A DNA stretch of 64,000 bases from Candidatus Sericytochromatia bacterium (lineage in GTDB: Bacteria; Cyanobacteriota; Sericytochromatia; S15B-MN24; UBA4093), in NCBI GenBank assembly GCA_036676985.1, contig JAKFBU010000056.1:64001-128000 (forward strand). Direction: 5' to 3'. The position numbers and the translations under genes were made by a program. How positions within the stretch are numbered: the first letter of the stretch is position 1; the number at the start of each line of letters is the position of its first letter. Shown here one piece after another: positions 1 through 9,192 of the stretch. The notes under the pieces were generated by a model that was given only the letters and a program-made list of their open reading frames with translations, did no database searches and was not told the origin of the DNA.

Positions 1-2121
1 TCGGGCATCACGGATGCCAGCGGCCGCTTCTCACTGCCGTTCTCGAGTTACGTCCCGCCCGTCGGCCAGACCTTCGTCCTCGAGGCGGTCAAAGGACTCA
101 ACTCGCAGCTGCCCGGCAATGAGGCGCCTCGCTTCCGGACCCTCGTCAAGTACACGGCCACGGGCTGGCAGTCGATCACCAACGGCACGGCCCCCGGCAA
201 CATCGTCATCAACGCGCTGACCACCGCCATCGCCCTCGTCTCGGGCCTGGATCAGGCCAACGTCCCCTACGGCAACACCATGGGCATGGTCAACGCCGCG
301 GTCAACCCGCCCGCCCTCAACGCCGCGCCGACTTTCGCCGCCCACCCGAGCATCGAGCTCATCAACCTGAGCAACGACGTGCTCGCCTTGCTCAACCACA
401 ACCTGGACCCGGTGGCCAACACGCCCGCCATCAAGCCCTCGCTCGCGGCCGTCACCCCGAGCACGGCCGCGGCGAACCTGCCCGTGGTCATCACGGGCTC
501 GGGCTTCGTCCCGGGCGGTACCACCGTGACCATCGGCGGGGCCACCGCCGCGGTGATGGCCATGTCGAGCACCCGGATCGTGGCGGCCGTCCCGGCCGCC
601 GCCATCACGGGCACCGTGACCGTCACGACCACCCGGGGCGGCACCAGCAACGCGATCGCCTTCACCAGCCCGGACGGCTCGGCGGTCGCCATCACGACCA
701 TCAGCCCCAACCCGGCCCGCCCCGGTCAGACCGTCACGATCGCGGGCCAGGGCTTCAGCGGGGTGATCGGCAACAACGACGTCCGCCTCAACGGCCAGGC
801 GATCGTTCCCATCTTCGCCAACGAGTCGAGCCTCGTCATCAACCTGCCCACCGACAGCACGAGCGGCAACGTCTCGGTGACGGTGGCCGGCGCCAAGAGC
901 AACAACTTCTTCCTGACGCTGGACGTGCTCGCCACGCCCATCATCACCTCGCTCTTCCCGAACACCGGGGCCGTCAAGAGCATCCTCTCCATCAAGGGAT
1001 CCAACCTGGGCCCCACGGGCAAGGTCGTCATCGGCGGCTACCAGGCCAAGGTCGTCTCCTGGAGCCCCAAGGTGGTCCGCGTCGAGGTGCCCGTCAACGT
1101 CAACCCGGGCGCCACCACCGTCACGGTGTTCGCGCCCCTGGGCGTCGCCACCACCACCTTCACGGTGCTCGCGGGCGACGCCGGGGCCAACTTCATCTCC
1201 GTGGCCCCCATGGTCTCCACGGGCGGCATGGGCATGTACGCCTGGGTCGGGGACGGCAAGCTCTGGACCTGGGGGGGCGGCGACTCCACGGCCGTCAACT
1301 ACATCAACCTGAACGCCGACGGCAGCTTCAAGGATGCCAACTGGTCCGTCTCCTCCATGACCCTGCCCTACGGCACCAACCAGGACGACAACCCGAACGG
1401 CGCGGTGCAAGTGAAGAACCGGGTCTACTACACCGTCTCCAACTCCAGCAACAAGATCAACTTCGCCACCCTGGATCCCTACTCGGGGGACGTGACGGGC
1501 TTCGGCTACGATCCGACCAACGACCTGCCGCCCACCTGGCTCGGCAAGGACCTGGCCCTGGCCGCGAGCGACAAGTATGTCTACATCCTGGGTCAGGGCG
1601 TCAGCTGCTCGAGCGCCCTGGGCGGCACGGGCTGCGGCGGCCGCGCCACGACCACCATGCAGACCCGCATCCTGCCCTCGGGCGGCATCGGCATCTGGTC
1701 GACGGGCCCGGACACCCTCTACTACGGCGAGGACGCCATGCCGCTCTATATCGGCGGCGTGCTGCACCTCATCGGCGGCAACGACAGCGCGGCGGTGGGC
1801 TCGCAGTACTCGGTCATCAAGGCCGACGGCACCATGGGCGGCTGGGTGAAGAACTCGACGCCCCTCATCTCGGGCAACCCCCTCTCCAACCAGATGACCC
1901 GCATCGGGCGCTACTACTACATGTTCGAGTACAGCGGCCGGACCCTGCGCGGCCAGATCATCGACGATCTGGTGCCCAAGCCCCTGGAGACCTATCCCAC
2001 GACCTCGCCGACGCTCGGCTACTACCGGATCACGATTCCCATCGGCAAGTACGTCTACCAGCTCGGAGACAACACGGGCACCGCCACCCAGCGCAGCGTC
2101 TGGCGCTGCACCCTCAACTAG
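1..2121 (+). CDS. IPT/TIG-domain surface protein with C-terminal kelch-like propeller region (5'-truncated by window edge)
   Basis: Frame 1 is open from base 1 (SGITDASGRFSL...EAVKGLNSQLPGNEAPRFRTLVKY) and aligns with the N-terminal part of paralog 2138-4555, so the Met at 280 is internal. Three IPT-like repeats (VVITGSGF, VTIAGQGF, LSIKGSNLG). Confidence 0.85.
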   Translation, partial: SGITDASGRFSLPFSSYVPPVGQTFVLEAVKGLNSQLPGNEAPRFRTLVKYTATGWQSITNGTAPGNIVINALTTAIALVSGLDQANVPYGNTMGMVNAAVNPPALNAAPTFAAHPSIELINLSNDVLALLNHNLDPVANTPAIKPSLAAVTPSTAAANLPVVITGSGFVPGGTTVTIGGATAAVMAMSSTRIVAAVPAAAITGTVTVTTTRGGTSNAIAFTSPDGSAVAITTISPNPARPGQTVTIAGQGFSGVIGNNDVRLNGQAIVPIFANESSLVINLPTDSTSGNVSVTVAGAKSNNFFLTLDVLATPIITSLFPNTGAVKSILSIKGSNLGPTGKVVIGGYQAKVVSWSPKVVRVEVPVNVNPGATTVTVFAPLGVATTTFTVLAGDAGANFISVAPMVSTGGMGMYAWVGDGKLWTWGGGDSTAVNYINLNADGSFKDANWSVSSMTLPYGTNQDDNPNGAVQVKNRVYYTVSNSSNKINFATLDPYSGDVTGFGYDPTNDLPPTWLGKDLALAASDKYVYILGQGVSCSSALGGTGCGGRATTTMQTRILPSGGIGIWSTGPDTLYYGEDAMPLYIGGVLHLIGGNDSAAVGSQYSVIKADGTMGGWVKNSTPLISGNPLSNQMTRIGRYYYMFEYSGRTLRGQIIDDLVPKPLETYPTTSPTLGYYRITIPIGKYVYQLGDNTGTATQRSVWRCTLN

Positions 2122-2146
2122 CGCCGACGAGCCGGAGATGCGCGCG

Positions 2147-4555
2147 ATGAAGAAACTCTTGACCCTCGCCCTGGTGGGCTTCCTGAGCACCGGGCTCTAT
2201 GCCTGCCGCTTTCCGGGCCCGGCGGCCACGCCCACGGCCACCGGGACGTCCGTCGCGGCCAACGCGGCCCTGGCCTCGGTCCTGCGCGGCACGGTGGACT
2301 TCTCGAGCCTGCGATCGAGCCAGGCCGTCCCCGGGGACATCACCAACCAGGCGACCATCGCGCTGATCGACGCCATCTCGGGCGAGACCCGCACCTCGAC
2401 GATCACGGACGCCACGGGCAACTTCACGCTGAGCATGCCGGGCTTCAACCCGGTGCTCAACGGGACCTACGTCCTCGAGGCCACCAAGGGCCTGTTCGCC
2501 CAGCTTCCGGGCAACGTCGCGCCGCGCTTCCGGACGCTCGTGCAGTACACGGCCTCCGGCTGGAAGTCCCTGACGAGCGCCACGGCCGGCGGCGCAAGCG
2601 CCATCAACGCCCACACCACGGCGGTCGCCATCGTCTCGGCCCTGGATCCCATCGGCCTGCCGCCCGGCAACGCCATGGGCAAGGTGAACCCCACCCCGCC
2701 GGGCAGCCTGAATGCGAGCCCCGCCTTCCCCACGCACCCGGACGCCGAGCTGAACGCGCTCGCGACGGACATCGTCAACACCCTGAGCCAGGACCAGGAC
2801 CCCGTCGCCAGCACCAACGCCGTCAAGCCCACCCTCATGGGCATGACGCCCACGACGGCCGCCGTGGCCCAGCCCATCACGCTCACGGGCACGGGCTTCG
2901 TCGCGGGCGGGACGACCGTCAAGGTCGGGGCGGCCACCATCCCGGGCTCCAACGTCCTGCTGGTCACCAAGAGCCAGATCATCTTCACGATCCCCGCGGG
3001 CATCACCACCGGCAACGTCACGGTCACGACCGCCCGGGGCGGCGTGAGCAACGGCATCCCGCTCAGCATCCCCAACTCGGCGGCGGTCTCGGTGGCGGCC
3101 ATCAGCCCCAACCCGGCCCGGCCCAACGCCTCGGTCACGGTCACGGGCACCGGCTTCAGCACCACGCCGGCCGCCAACACCATCACGGTCAACGGCACCA
3201 GCGTCACGCCCGACTTCGCCAACCAGACGTCCCTGGTGTTCCGGGTCCCCTCCAGCGCCGTGAGCGGCAACGTCACGGTGACCGTCGGCGGCCAGACCAG
3301 CAACCAGTACTACCTGACCGTCGAGTCGCTCACCACGCCCCAGATCACGAGTCTCTTCCCGAACGTGCTGCCCACCAAGGCGGTGCTCGCCATCAAGGGC
3401 CAGAACTTCGGGCCGGACGGCTCGGTGCTGGTCGGCGACTACCAGGCCAAGATCATCTCGTGGAGCCCCAACATCATCCGCGTGGAGGTGCCCTGGTACG
3501 TCCCGCCCGGCTCGGCGGTGGTCACGGTCTTCGCGCCCCTGGGCATCACCACCCAGAACGTCACGGTCCTCGAGGCGGGGACCATCAGCCCCTGGGCCAA
3601 GGTCACGGACCTGCCCGGCGACGTGGGCGGCCTCGGCGTCCACGCCTACGTGGGCGGCGAGAAGCTCTGGGTCTGGGGCGGCAACGGCTCCACCAAGGTC
3701 TACTACATGAACCTGAACGCCGACGGCAGCTTCAAGGACGCCGCATGGACGGCCGCACCCTTCAGCCTGCCCGAGGGCACGTACCAGGACGACAACCCCA
3801 ACAGCCGCACGCAGATCAAGAACCGCATCTACTACACGGTCACCAACCAGCTGACGGCCTCGAACAGCAACCACGTCAACTTCGCCTCCCTGGATCCCTA
3901 CACCGGGGACATCACGGGCTTCGCCTACGACCCCATCAACGACCTGCCGCCCACCTGGGTGGGCAAGGACCTGGGCCTCATCGCCGGGGACAAGTACGTC
4001 TACATCATGGGCCACGGCGTCAGCTGCTCGGGCAACGGCGTCAACTGCAACGGCAACCCGGTGGGAACCATGCAGGCCCGCATCCTCGAGTCCGGCAACA
4101 TCGGCCAGTGGGAGATCGGGCCCAACCAGCCGCAGACCTACGGAGAGGACGGGGCTCCCTTCATCATCGGCGACTCGCTGTTCCAGGTCGGCGGCACGGC
4201 CGGCGTCTCCATGCAGTGCGTGATCAACGAGAACGGACAGATGTCGAGCTGGGCGACCATGTCCGTTCCGCTCATCCCGAACGGCGAGTTGCTGTCCACC
4301 CAGGTCATGAAGATCGGACACTACTACTACCTCTTCAACATGTGGAGCAGCCAGCGCTCGTTCCGAGGAGCGATCGTCGACGACCTGGTACCCAAGCCGG
4401 CGGTCGAGCTGCTGGCCAACACGCCCCTGTCCCAGGGCGTCGCGTGCGGCATCGGCCATGTCGACGTGCAGGTCGGCAAGCACCTCTACCTCATCAGCAC
4501 CCACTCGGGCGGCTACGGCGGCACGCAGAACGTCGTGCGCGGCACGATCCAGTAG
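2147..4555 (+). CDS. IPT/TIG-domain lipoprotein, tandem paralog of upstream gene
   Basis: GGAG at 2134-2137 before ATG 2147 (alternative start 2138); signal peptide with lipobox LYAC; three IPT repeats; C-terminal region collinear with the upstream gene. Confidence 0.85.
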   Translation: MKKLLTLALVGFLSTGLYACRFPGPAATPTATGTSVAANAALASVLRGTVDFSSLRSSQAVPGDITNQATIALIDAISGETRTSTITDATGNFTLSMPGFNPVLNGTYVLEATKGLFAQLPGNVAPRFRTLVQYTASGWKSLTSATAGGASAINAHTTAVAIVSALDPIGLPPGNAMGKVNPTPPGSLNASPAFPTHPDAELNALATDIVNTLSQDQDPVASTNAVKPTLMGMTPTTAAVAQPITLTGTGFVAGGTTVKVGAATIPGSNVLLVTKSQIIFTIPAGITTGNVTVTTARGGVSNGIPLSIPNSAAVSVAAISPNPARPNASVTVTGTGFSTTPAANTITVNGTSVTPDFANQTSLVFRVPSSAVSGNVTVTVGGQTSNQYYLTVESLTTPQITSLFPNVLPTKAVLAIKGQNFGPDGSVLVGDYQAKIISWSPNIIRVEVPWYVPPGSAVVTVFAPLGITTQNVTVLEAGTISPWAKVTDLPGDVGGLGVHAYVGGEKLWVWGGNGSTKVYYMNLNADGSFKDAAWTAAPFSLPEGTYQDDNPNSRTQIKNRIYYTVTNQLTASNSNHVNFASLDPYTGDITGFAYDPINDLPPTWVGKDLGLIAGDKYVYIMGHGVSCSGNGVNCNGNPVGTMQARILESGNIGQWEIGPNQPQTYGEDGAPFIIGDSLFQVGGTAGVSMQCVINENGQMSSWATMSVPLIPNGELLSTQVMKIGHYYYLFNMWSSQRSFRGAIVDDLVPKPAVELLANTPLSQGVACGIGHVDVQVGKHLYLISTHSGGYGGTQNVVRGTIQ

Positions 4556-4570
4556 CGAGAAAAGGACGGC

Positions 4571-5155
4571 ATGATGCCCTTCTCTACCCATCACTCGATC
4601 CCCCGAGGAGTCGCCGCGGGCATGCTGATGCTCAGCCTCGCCCTGTGGGGTTGCAGCGGGGACGAACTGACGGGCGTCTCCGGAGGGACCGGCGCCAAGA
4701 AGTCGCCCACCCCCACGCCCACCGAGCTTCTGGGCGGGGTCGGGCCCGGCGGCTCGGCCACCCCGACGCCCACGCCCACGCCGACCCCGTCGCCCACCCC
4801 GAGCAACGGCCTCGCGCCCGACCCCGATCCGACGCCCTTCGCCATCGGCATCACCGTCGCGCTCCAGGACGACACCATCAACCTGGCCCCGTACGACGGC
4901 GGACCCGGGCTCTACCGCTACACTACCCACGTGTCGGGGGTCGTCACGCTGAGCAACGCGCTCACCACCACCGACATCGACTGGCGCTCGTCCAACAACG
5001 CGATCGCCTCGGTGGCGAGCGACGGGACGATCACGGCCGGCTCGGTCGCGGGCGGCACGGTCAAGATCACCGGCACCTCCAAGGACGGCCTGGTCTCCAA
5101 GTCCGTCGATCTCACCGTGACCGCCTTCGGCGACGCCGAAGTCGTCGTCGACTAG
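4571..5155 (+). CDS. Lipoprotein with Pro/Thr linker and Ig-like (Big_2-like) domain
   Basis: AAGGA RBS; lipobox LWGC; PTPTPT linker; Ig-like motif IDWRSSNNAIASVASDGTITA. Confidence 0.8.
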   Translation: MMPFSTHHSIPRGVAAGMLMLSLALWGCSGDELTGVSGGTGAKKSPTPTPTELLGGVGPGGSATPTPTPTPTPSPTPSNGLAPDPDPTPFAIGITVALQDDTINLAPYDGGPGLYRYTTHVSGVVTLSNALTTTDIDWRSSNNAIASVASDGTITAGSVAGGTVKITGTSKDGLVSKSVDLTVTAFGDAEVVVD

Positions 5156-5164
5156 GGAGGCCCC

Positions 5165-6133
5165 ATGCGTCAGCTCACGCTCACCCTCACGGCCCTGTCG
5201 GCCCTCGTCTTCCTGGTGGCCTGCGACCAGGCCTCCGTGCCGTCGGCGGCGGACCCGTCCGCAGGGTCTCCTGCGGCCCTCGAGGACACCCGGACGGGCG
5301 CGGTCTCCCTGCGGGTCAAGTGGCCCGAGCGCACGACCCAGTACATCCCGGAGACGGCCGAGACGATCGTCTTTGGGATCTACAAGCCGGGCATCACGGC
5401 CCCCCTCGCGACCGCGAGCCTCACCCGGCCCGCGAGCGAGCTCTCGCTGCCGCGGCTGCCCATCGGCTCTCTGCGCTTCACGGCGGACGCCCAGGATCCC
5501 GACGGCACCGTCGGGGCGAGCGGCAGCGCCACGGTGACCATCCTGCCCAACGCGACGGTCTCGGTGCCCCTGCACCTGATCTCGGCGCTTCCTGCCCCCA
5601 CCGTCACCGGCTTCAGCCCGTCCAATGGCGTGCCGGGCCAGCAGGTGACGGTCTCGGGCACGAATTTCGGGGCGAGCCGGAACACCCCCTTTGCCATCCA
5701 GTACGGCAACACGACCCTGCCCGGCGATCGGATCTTCCGCCTCAGCGACAGCCAGCTCGCCTTCTTCGTGCCGACCGGCGCCGTCAACTCCACCTTCTCG
5801 GTGACGGTGGGCCCGCACACGGTCGCTTCGACCGCCGCGTTCCAGGTCATCGCCACCGTCTCCGTCACGCCGAGCGCCGTCGCCCTCGACGCCTCCACCC
5901 AGCAGGTCACGCTCACGGTGACGGCCAAGGACGCGGCGGGCTTCGTCATCCCCTCGCCCGTCCTGCCCTGGAACACGCTCAGCGAGAACAAGGCGGGATG
6001 GGGGACGGGCGACCCGCTCCTGTTCTTCAACGGCTCGACCCGGGTGGTCTCGCGCGGGACGGCGACGGGCTCGGCCCTGATCGGCATCGGCCTGACGCCG
6101 ACGCTCGCCACCGTCTCCGTCACGGTGGACTGA
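5165..6133 (+). CDS. IPT/TIG-domain lipoprotein
   Basis: GGGAGG RBS; lipobox LVAC; IPT motif PTVTGFSPSNGVPGQQVTVSGTNFG. Confidence 0.8.
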   Translation: MRQLTLTLTALSALVFLVACDQASVPSAADPSAGSPAALEDTRTGAVSLRVKWPERTTQYIPETAETIVFGIYKPGITAPLATASLTRPASELSLPRLPIGSLRFTADAQDPDGTVGASGSATVTILPNATVSVPLHLISALPAPTVTGFSPSNGVPGQQVTVSGTNFGASRNTPFAIQYGNTTLPGDRIFRLSDSQLAFFVPTGAVNSTFSVTVGPHTVASTAAFQVIATVSVTPSAVALDASTQQVTLTVTAKDAAGFVIPSPVLPWNTLSENKAGWGTGDPLLFFNGSTRVVSRGTATGSALIGIGLTPTLATVSVTVD

Positions 6134-8100
6134 TGCGCCTCCGTGATACGACCTGGGGCGCCTGGCTCGGCGCCCTCCTGCTCGCGAGTTCGATTGCCGC
6201 CTGCCACTCGACTCAGCTCGTGCCTCTCGGCTCGCCGCCCGGCGGCGCCACGGGTGCGACCGTGACCCAGTCGCCCCGCAGCTTCGGCCAGCTCTCCATG
6301 ACCATTCGCTGGCCCCGGCAGGTGCAGTACATCCCCGTGAGCGCCACGCGCATCGAGTTCAAGGCCTTCGTCGGCGAGAACCCCGTGCCCTACGCCACCC
6401 AGACGGCGACCTCTCCGGGCGTGGGCGGCACGAGCACGGTCAGATTCGAGGCCTTGCCGGCGGGCGAGGTCGTCATCGTCGCGAGCGCCAAAGATGCCGC
6501 CGACCAGGTCGTGGCCGCGGGCAGCATCCGGCTTGCGATCGTCGCAAACGACCTGGTGCGCGGGGCCCTGACGCTGCAATCGACCACCGAGCCGCAGATC
6601 ACGACCTTCGTGCCCCAGGCCGCCGATCCAGGCAGCGAGGTGCACCTGTTCGGGAGCCACTTCGGAGACGAGCCGGGCCGCAACGCGACGTACTCCGTAT
6701 GGGTCGGGGGGCTCGTGGCCCCGAGCGCCACGCTCGTCGACGACGGCACCCTGCGCTTCATCGTCCCGGAAGGGGCCACCAACAGCCTCGTGACCCTGCG
6801 GGTCGACGCGCTGGCGACCCGGAGCGCCCAGGTCTTCACCACGATCCGCGCGTGGACGCTCTCGCCCTCGTCGGCCGAGGTCTTCGTGCCCTACGGCACG
6901 CAGGACTTCGCGGCCACGGCCCGCGACCACGCGGGGGTTCCGGTCGAGACCCCGCCCAGCGACAGCTGGTCGGTGGTGACGGTGAGCGGAGCCACGGGGG
7001 CATCGGTCGTCCTCGAGTCGGACGAGGACGGCTCAGAGCCGTCCGAGCTCGGGGTCGAGTTCCGGGCCCCCGAGGGTCTCGGCACCTACCAGGTCCGGAT
7101 CGGGAAGGGCTCGGCCGCCAAGACCGCGACCGTCACGACCCATCCCATGACCTTCGCGGACTTCGATGACCGGCTGGGGATCCTGCCCGCGGCGGCAAAC
7201 CCCGCGGACAATCCCACGAGCCCCGAGAAGGTCGCCCTCGGCAAGCGGCTCTTCTTCGACTCGGGCATCGGCTCCAACGGCCAGATGTCCTGCGCCAGCT
7301 GCCATCAGCCGGACAAGGGCTGGAGCGACGGGCGCAAGACGTCGCTCGGCAACGACGGCCAGCCCCTCGAGCGCAACTCGCCGACCATCCTCAACGCGGG
7401 GCTCGACGGGCGTGGGCTGATGTTCTGGGACGGGCGGGCGGCCACGCTCGAGGACCAGGCGCGCCAGGTGTTCGGCAACGCCCGCGAACTCAACCGAACG
7501 GGCGATCAGCTGCGTACCTACCTGACGGGCGCCGGATACCAGGCGAGCTTCTCGGCGGTTTTCGGCCCGGCGGGCCTTTCGGACGGCACCACGACCATGG
7601 ACCAGGTGACCAAGGCGATCGCCGCCTTCGAGCGGACGGTCATGACCCAACAGAGCGCCTTCGACCGCTGGGCCGAAGGTGACGCCGGCGCGCTCGGAGC
7701 TGCCGAGAAGCGGGGCCTCGGCGTCTTCGCCACCCGCGGCCGCTGCATCGAGTGCCACAGCGGGCCCATGTTCACGGACGAGAAGTTCCACAACATCTCG
7801 GTCTTCGAGCCCCTGGGGGTCCTCAACCCGGGTCGCAAGGCAGTCACCGGTGCCGCCGGAGACCTCGGGGCCTTCAAGACGCCGACCCTCCGGAACATCG
7901 AGGAGACGGGGCCGTACTTCCACAACGGGTCGGTCGCGAACCTGACGGACGTGATCCTCCATTATGAGGGCGAGTTCGAGGAGACGCCCAACATCGACCC
8001 GTTGCTGGCCGAGCCCATCCAGATCTCGGCCCAGGACCGGGAGGACCTCATCGCCTTCCTGCGGGCGCTCTCGGGCGCCACGCCGAGCGTCACGCCGTGA
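6133..8100 (+). CDS. Lipoprotein with IPT domain fused to MauG-like di-haem cytochrome c peroxidase domain
   Basis: TGATG overlap with the upstream stop gives MRLRDTTW...IAAC; two CxxCH motifs (CASCH, CIECH); RNSPTILNA, FWDGRA, FKTPTLRN..TGPYFHNGS. Confidence 0.9.
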   Translation: MRLRDTTWGAWLGALLLASSIAACHSTQLVPLGSPPGGATGATVTQSPRSFGQLSMTIRWPRQVQYIPVSATRIEFKAFVGENPVPYATQTATSPGVGGTSTVRFEALPAGEVVIVASAKDAADQVVAAGSIRLAIVANDLVRGALTLQSTTEPQITTFVPQAADPGSEVHLFGSHFGDEPGRNATYSVWVGGLVAPSATLVDDGTLRFIVPEGATNSLVTLRVDALATRSAQVFTTIRAWTLSPSSAEVFVPYGTQDFAATARDHAGVPVETPPSDSWSVVTVSGATGASVVLESDEDGSEPSELGVEFRAPEGLGTYQVRIGKGSAAKTATVTTHPMTFADFDDRLGILPAAANPADNPTSPEKVALGKRLFFDSGIGSNGQMSCASCHQPDKGWSDGRKTSLGNDGQPLERNSPTILNAGLDGRGLMFWDGRAATLEDQARQVFGNARELNRTGDQLRTYLTGAGYQASFSAVFGPAGLSDGTTTMDQVTKAIAAFERTVMTQQSAFDRWAEGDAGALGAAEKRGLGVFATRGRCIECHSGPMFTDEKFHNISVFEPLGVLNPGRKAVTGAAGDLGAFKTPTLRNIEETGPYFHNGSVANLTDVILHYEGEFEETPNIDPLLAEPIQISAQDREDLIAFLRALSGATPSVTP

Positions 8101-8630
8101 GGGGCGGCGGCGCGTGGGCCGTGCTCCTCGCCCTGGGGCTGATCGGCTGCGTGCCGGGCCGCACCCAGGTCGAGCCGCTCGGCGATGAGGCCTTCGTGCT
8201 GGACGGGCAGATCGTCTTTCCACGCTCCGAGCCCACCCCCACGCCGGCGCCCAATCTCGCGACGCCCACGCCGCAGCCGACCAGCGCCCCGGGAGACGGG
8301 ACCTACGTACCCTTCGCGGTGCAGGTGGTGGTGACGAGCGACCACCCGGATCTCAACGTGGCGCCACCCCCGGGCAAAGCCGCCATCTACCGTGACCAGA
8401 CCTACGTGGCGGCGCAGGTGACCATGAGCAACGGCTACAGGAACAACCAGGTCACCTGGGAGTCCTCTCGCCCGGACATGGTCCGGGTCGACGCGTTCGG
8501 CAACGTCACGGCCACCGGCTCTCAGGCCGGGTGGGCCACCATCACCGCCACCTCCAAGGATGGCAAGGCCTCAGGCTCGGTGATCCTGCAGGTCACCAAC
8601 CATGGGGATGCGGAGCTGGTCGTCGAGTAG
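8097..8630 (+). CDS. Lipoprotein with Ig-like (Big_2-like) domain, paralog of 4571-5155
   Basis: GTGA overlap with upstream stop; lipobox LIGC; VTWESSRPDMVRVDAFGNVTA; shared TSKDG and C-terminal GDAELVVE. Confidence 0.75.
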   Translation: MRGGGAWAVLLALGLIGCVPGRTQVEPLGDEAFVLDGQIVFPRSEPTPTPAPNLATPTPQPTSAPGDGTYVPFAVQVVVTSDHPDLNVAPPPGKAAIYRDQTYVAAQVTMSNGYRNNQVTWESSRPDMVRVDAFGNVTATGSQAGWATITATSKDGKASGSVILQVTNHGDAELVVE

Positions 8631-8660
8631 GCGAGCCCGGAAGGCCGCATCACGTGCGCA

Positions 8661-8698
8661 AAAAAAGTCCGCGGAGTGAACACTCCGCGGGCTCTTTG
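8661..8698. terminator. Probable bidirectional intrinsic terminator
   Basis: Inverted repeat CCGCGGAGTG/CACTCCGCGG (8669-8690) with an A-run upstream and CTCTTT downstream, between convergent genes. Confidence 0.75.
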
Positions 8699-8709
8699 TG
8701 GCGCGATCG

Positions 8710-9192
8710 CTAGATGTGGGCGGACTCGCCCTCGATGATTCGCTCGATGATGGACGTGGTCGAGCGGCCCTCGACGAAGGGCAGCACCACGACCTCGCCG
8801 CCCAGGCTCCGCACCAGGGGCGTCTCGGGGATGGTGTCGGGCTCGTAGTCCCCGCCCTTGACGTAGAGCTGGGGTCGAACGGCCTCGATGGCCCGGTCCG
8901 CCGTGCGCTCGTCGAAGATGACGACGGCGTCCACGCACTTGAGCGCGTCCATGAGCTCGGCCCGCTCGTCCTCGGGGAGGATGGGGCGCGCGGGGCCCTT
9001 CAGCTCGCGGACCGACCGGTCGGAGTTGAGGCCGACGACGAGGCGATCGCCCAGCTCGCGAGCCGCCTGCAGGTAACGCAGGTGCCCCACGTGCAGCAGG
9101 TCGAAGCAGCCGTTGGTGAAGACGGTCTTGCCGCCCTGGGCCTCCCACTCGGCGACGAGCGGAGCGATGGAGTCGACGGTATGGATGCTCAC
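8710..9192 (-). CDS. rfaE2: D-glycero-beta-D-manno-heptose 1-phosphate adenylyltransferase
   Basis: [40 protein letters not shown] motifs; GTG start at 9192 overlaps the rfaE1 stop. Confidence 0.93.
   Translation of the reverse strand: MSIHTVDSIAPLVAEWEAQGGKTVFTNGCFDLLHVGHLRYLQAARELGDRLVVGLNSDRSVRELKGPARPILPEDERAELMDALKCVDAVVIFDERTADRAIEAVRPQLYVKGGDYEPDTIPETPLVRSLGGEVVVLPFVEGRSTTSIIERIIEGESAHI

Noticed and set aside
4700-4835. ACGCCC/ACCCCG short tandem repeats
   Set aside because: They simply encode Pro-Thr linkers; not a CRISPR or contingency locus.
31-5818. Long minus-strand ORFs (719 aa and 1234 aa) and similar antisense ORFs over secA, the TPR giant, icd and others
   Set aside because: Shadow ORFs expected from high GC3 codon bias; no motifs, and they lie opposite well-supported genes.
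3460-8100. 1546-aa ORF suggesting a giant peroxidase fusion
   Set aside because: The first ~890 aa are Arg/Pro/Gly-rich off-frame read-through over three real genes; the real protein starts at the TGATG junction (6133) with a lipoprotein signal.
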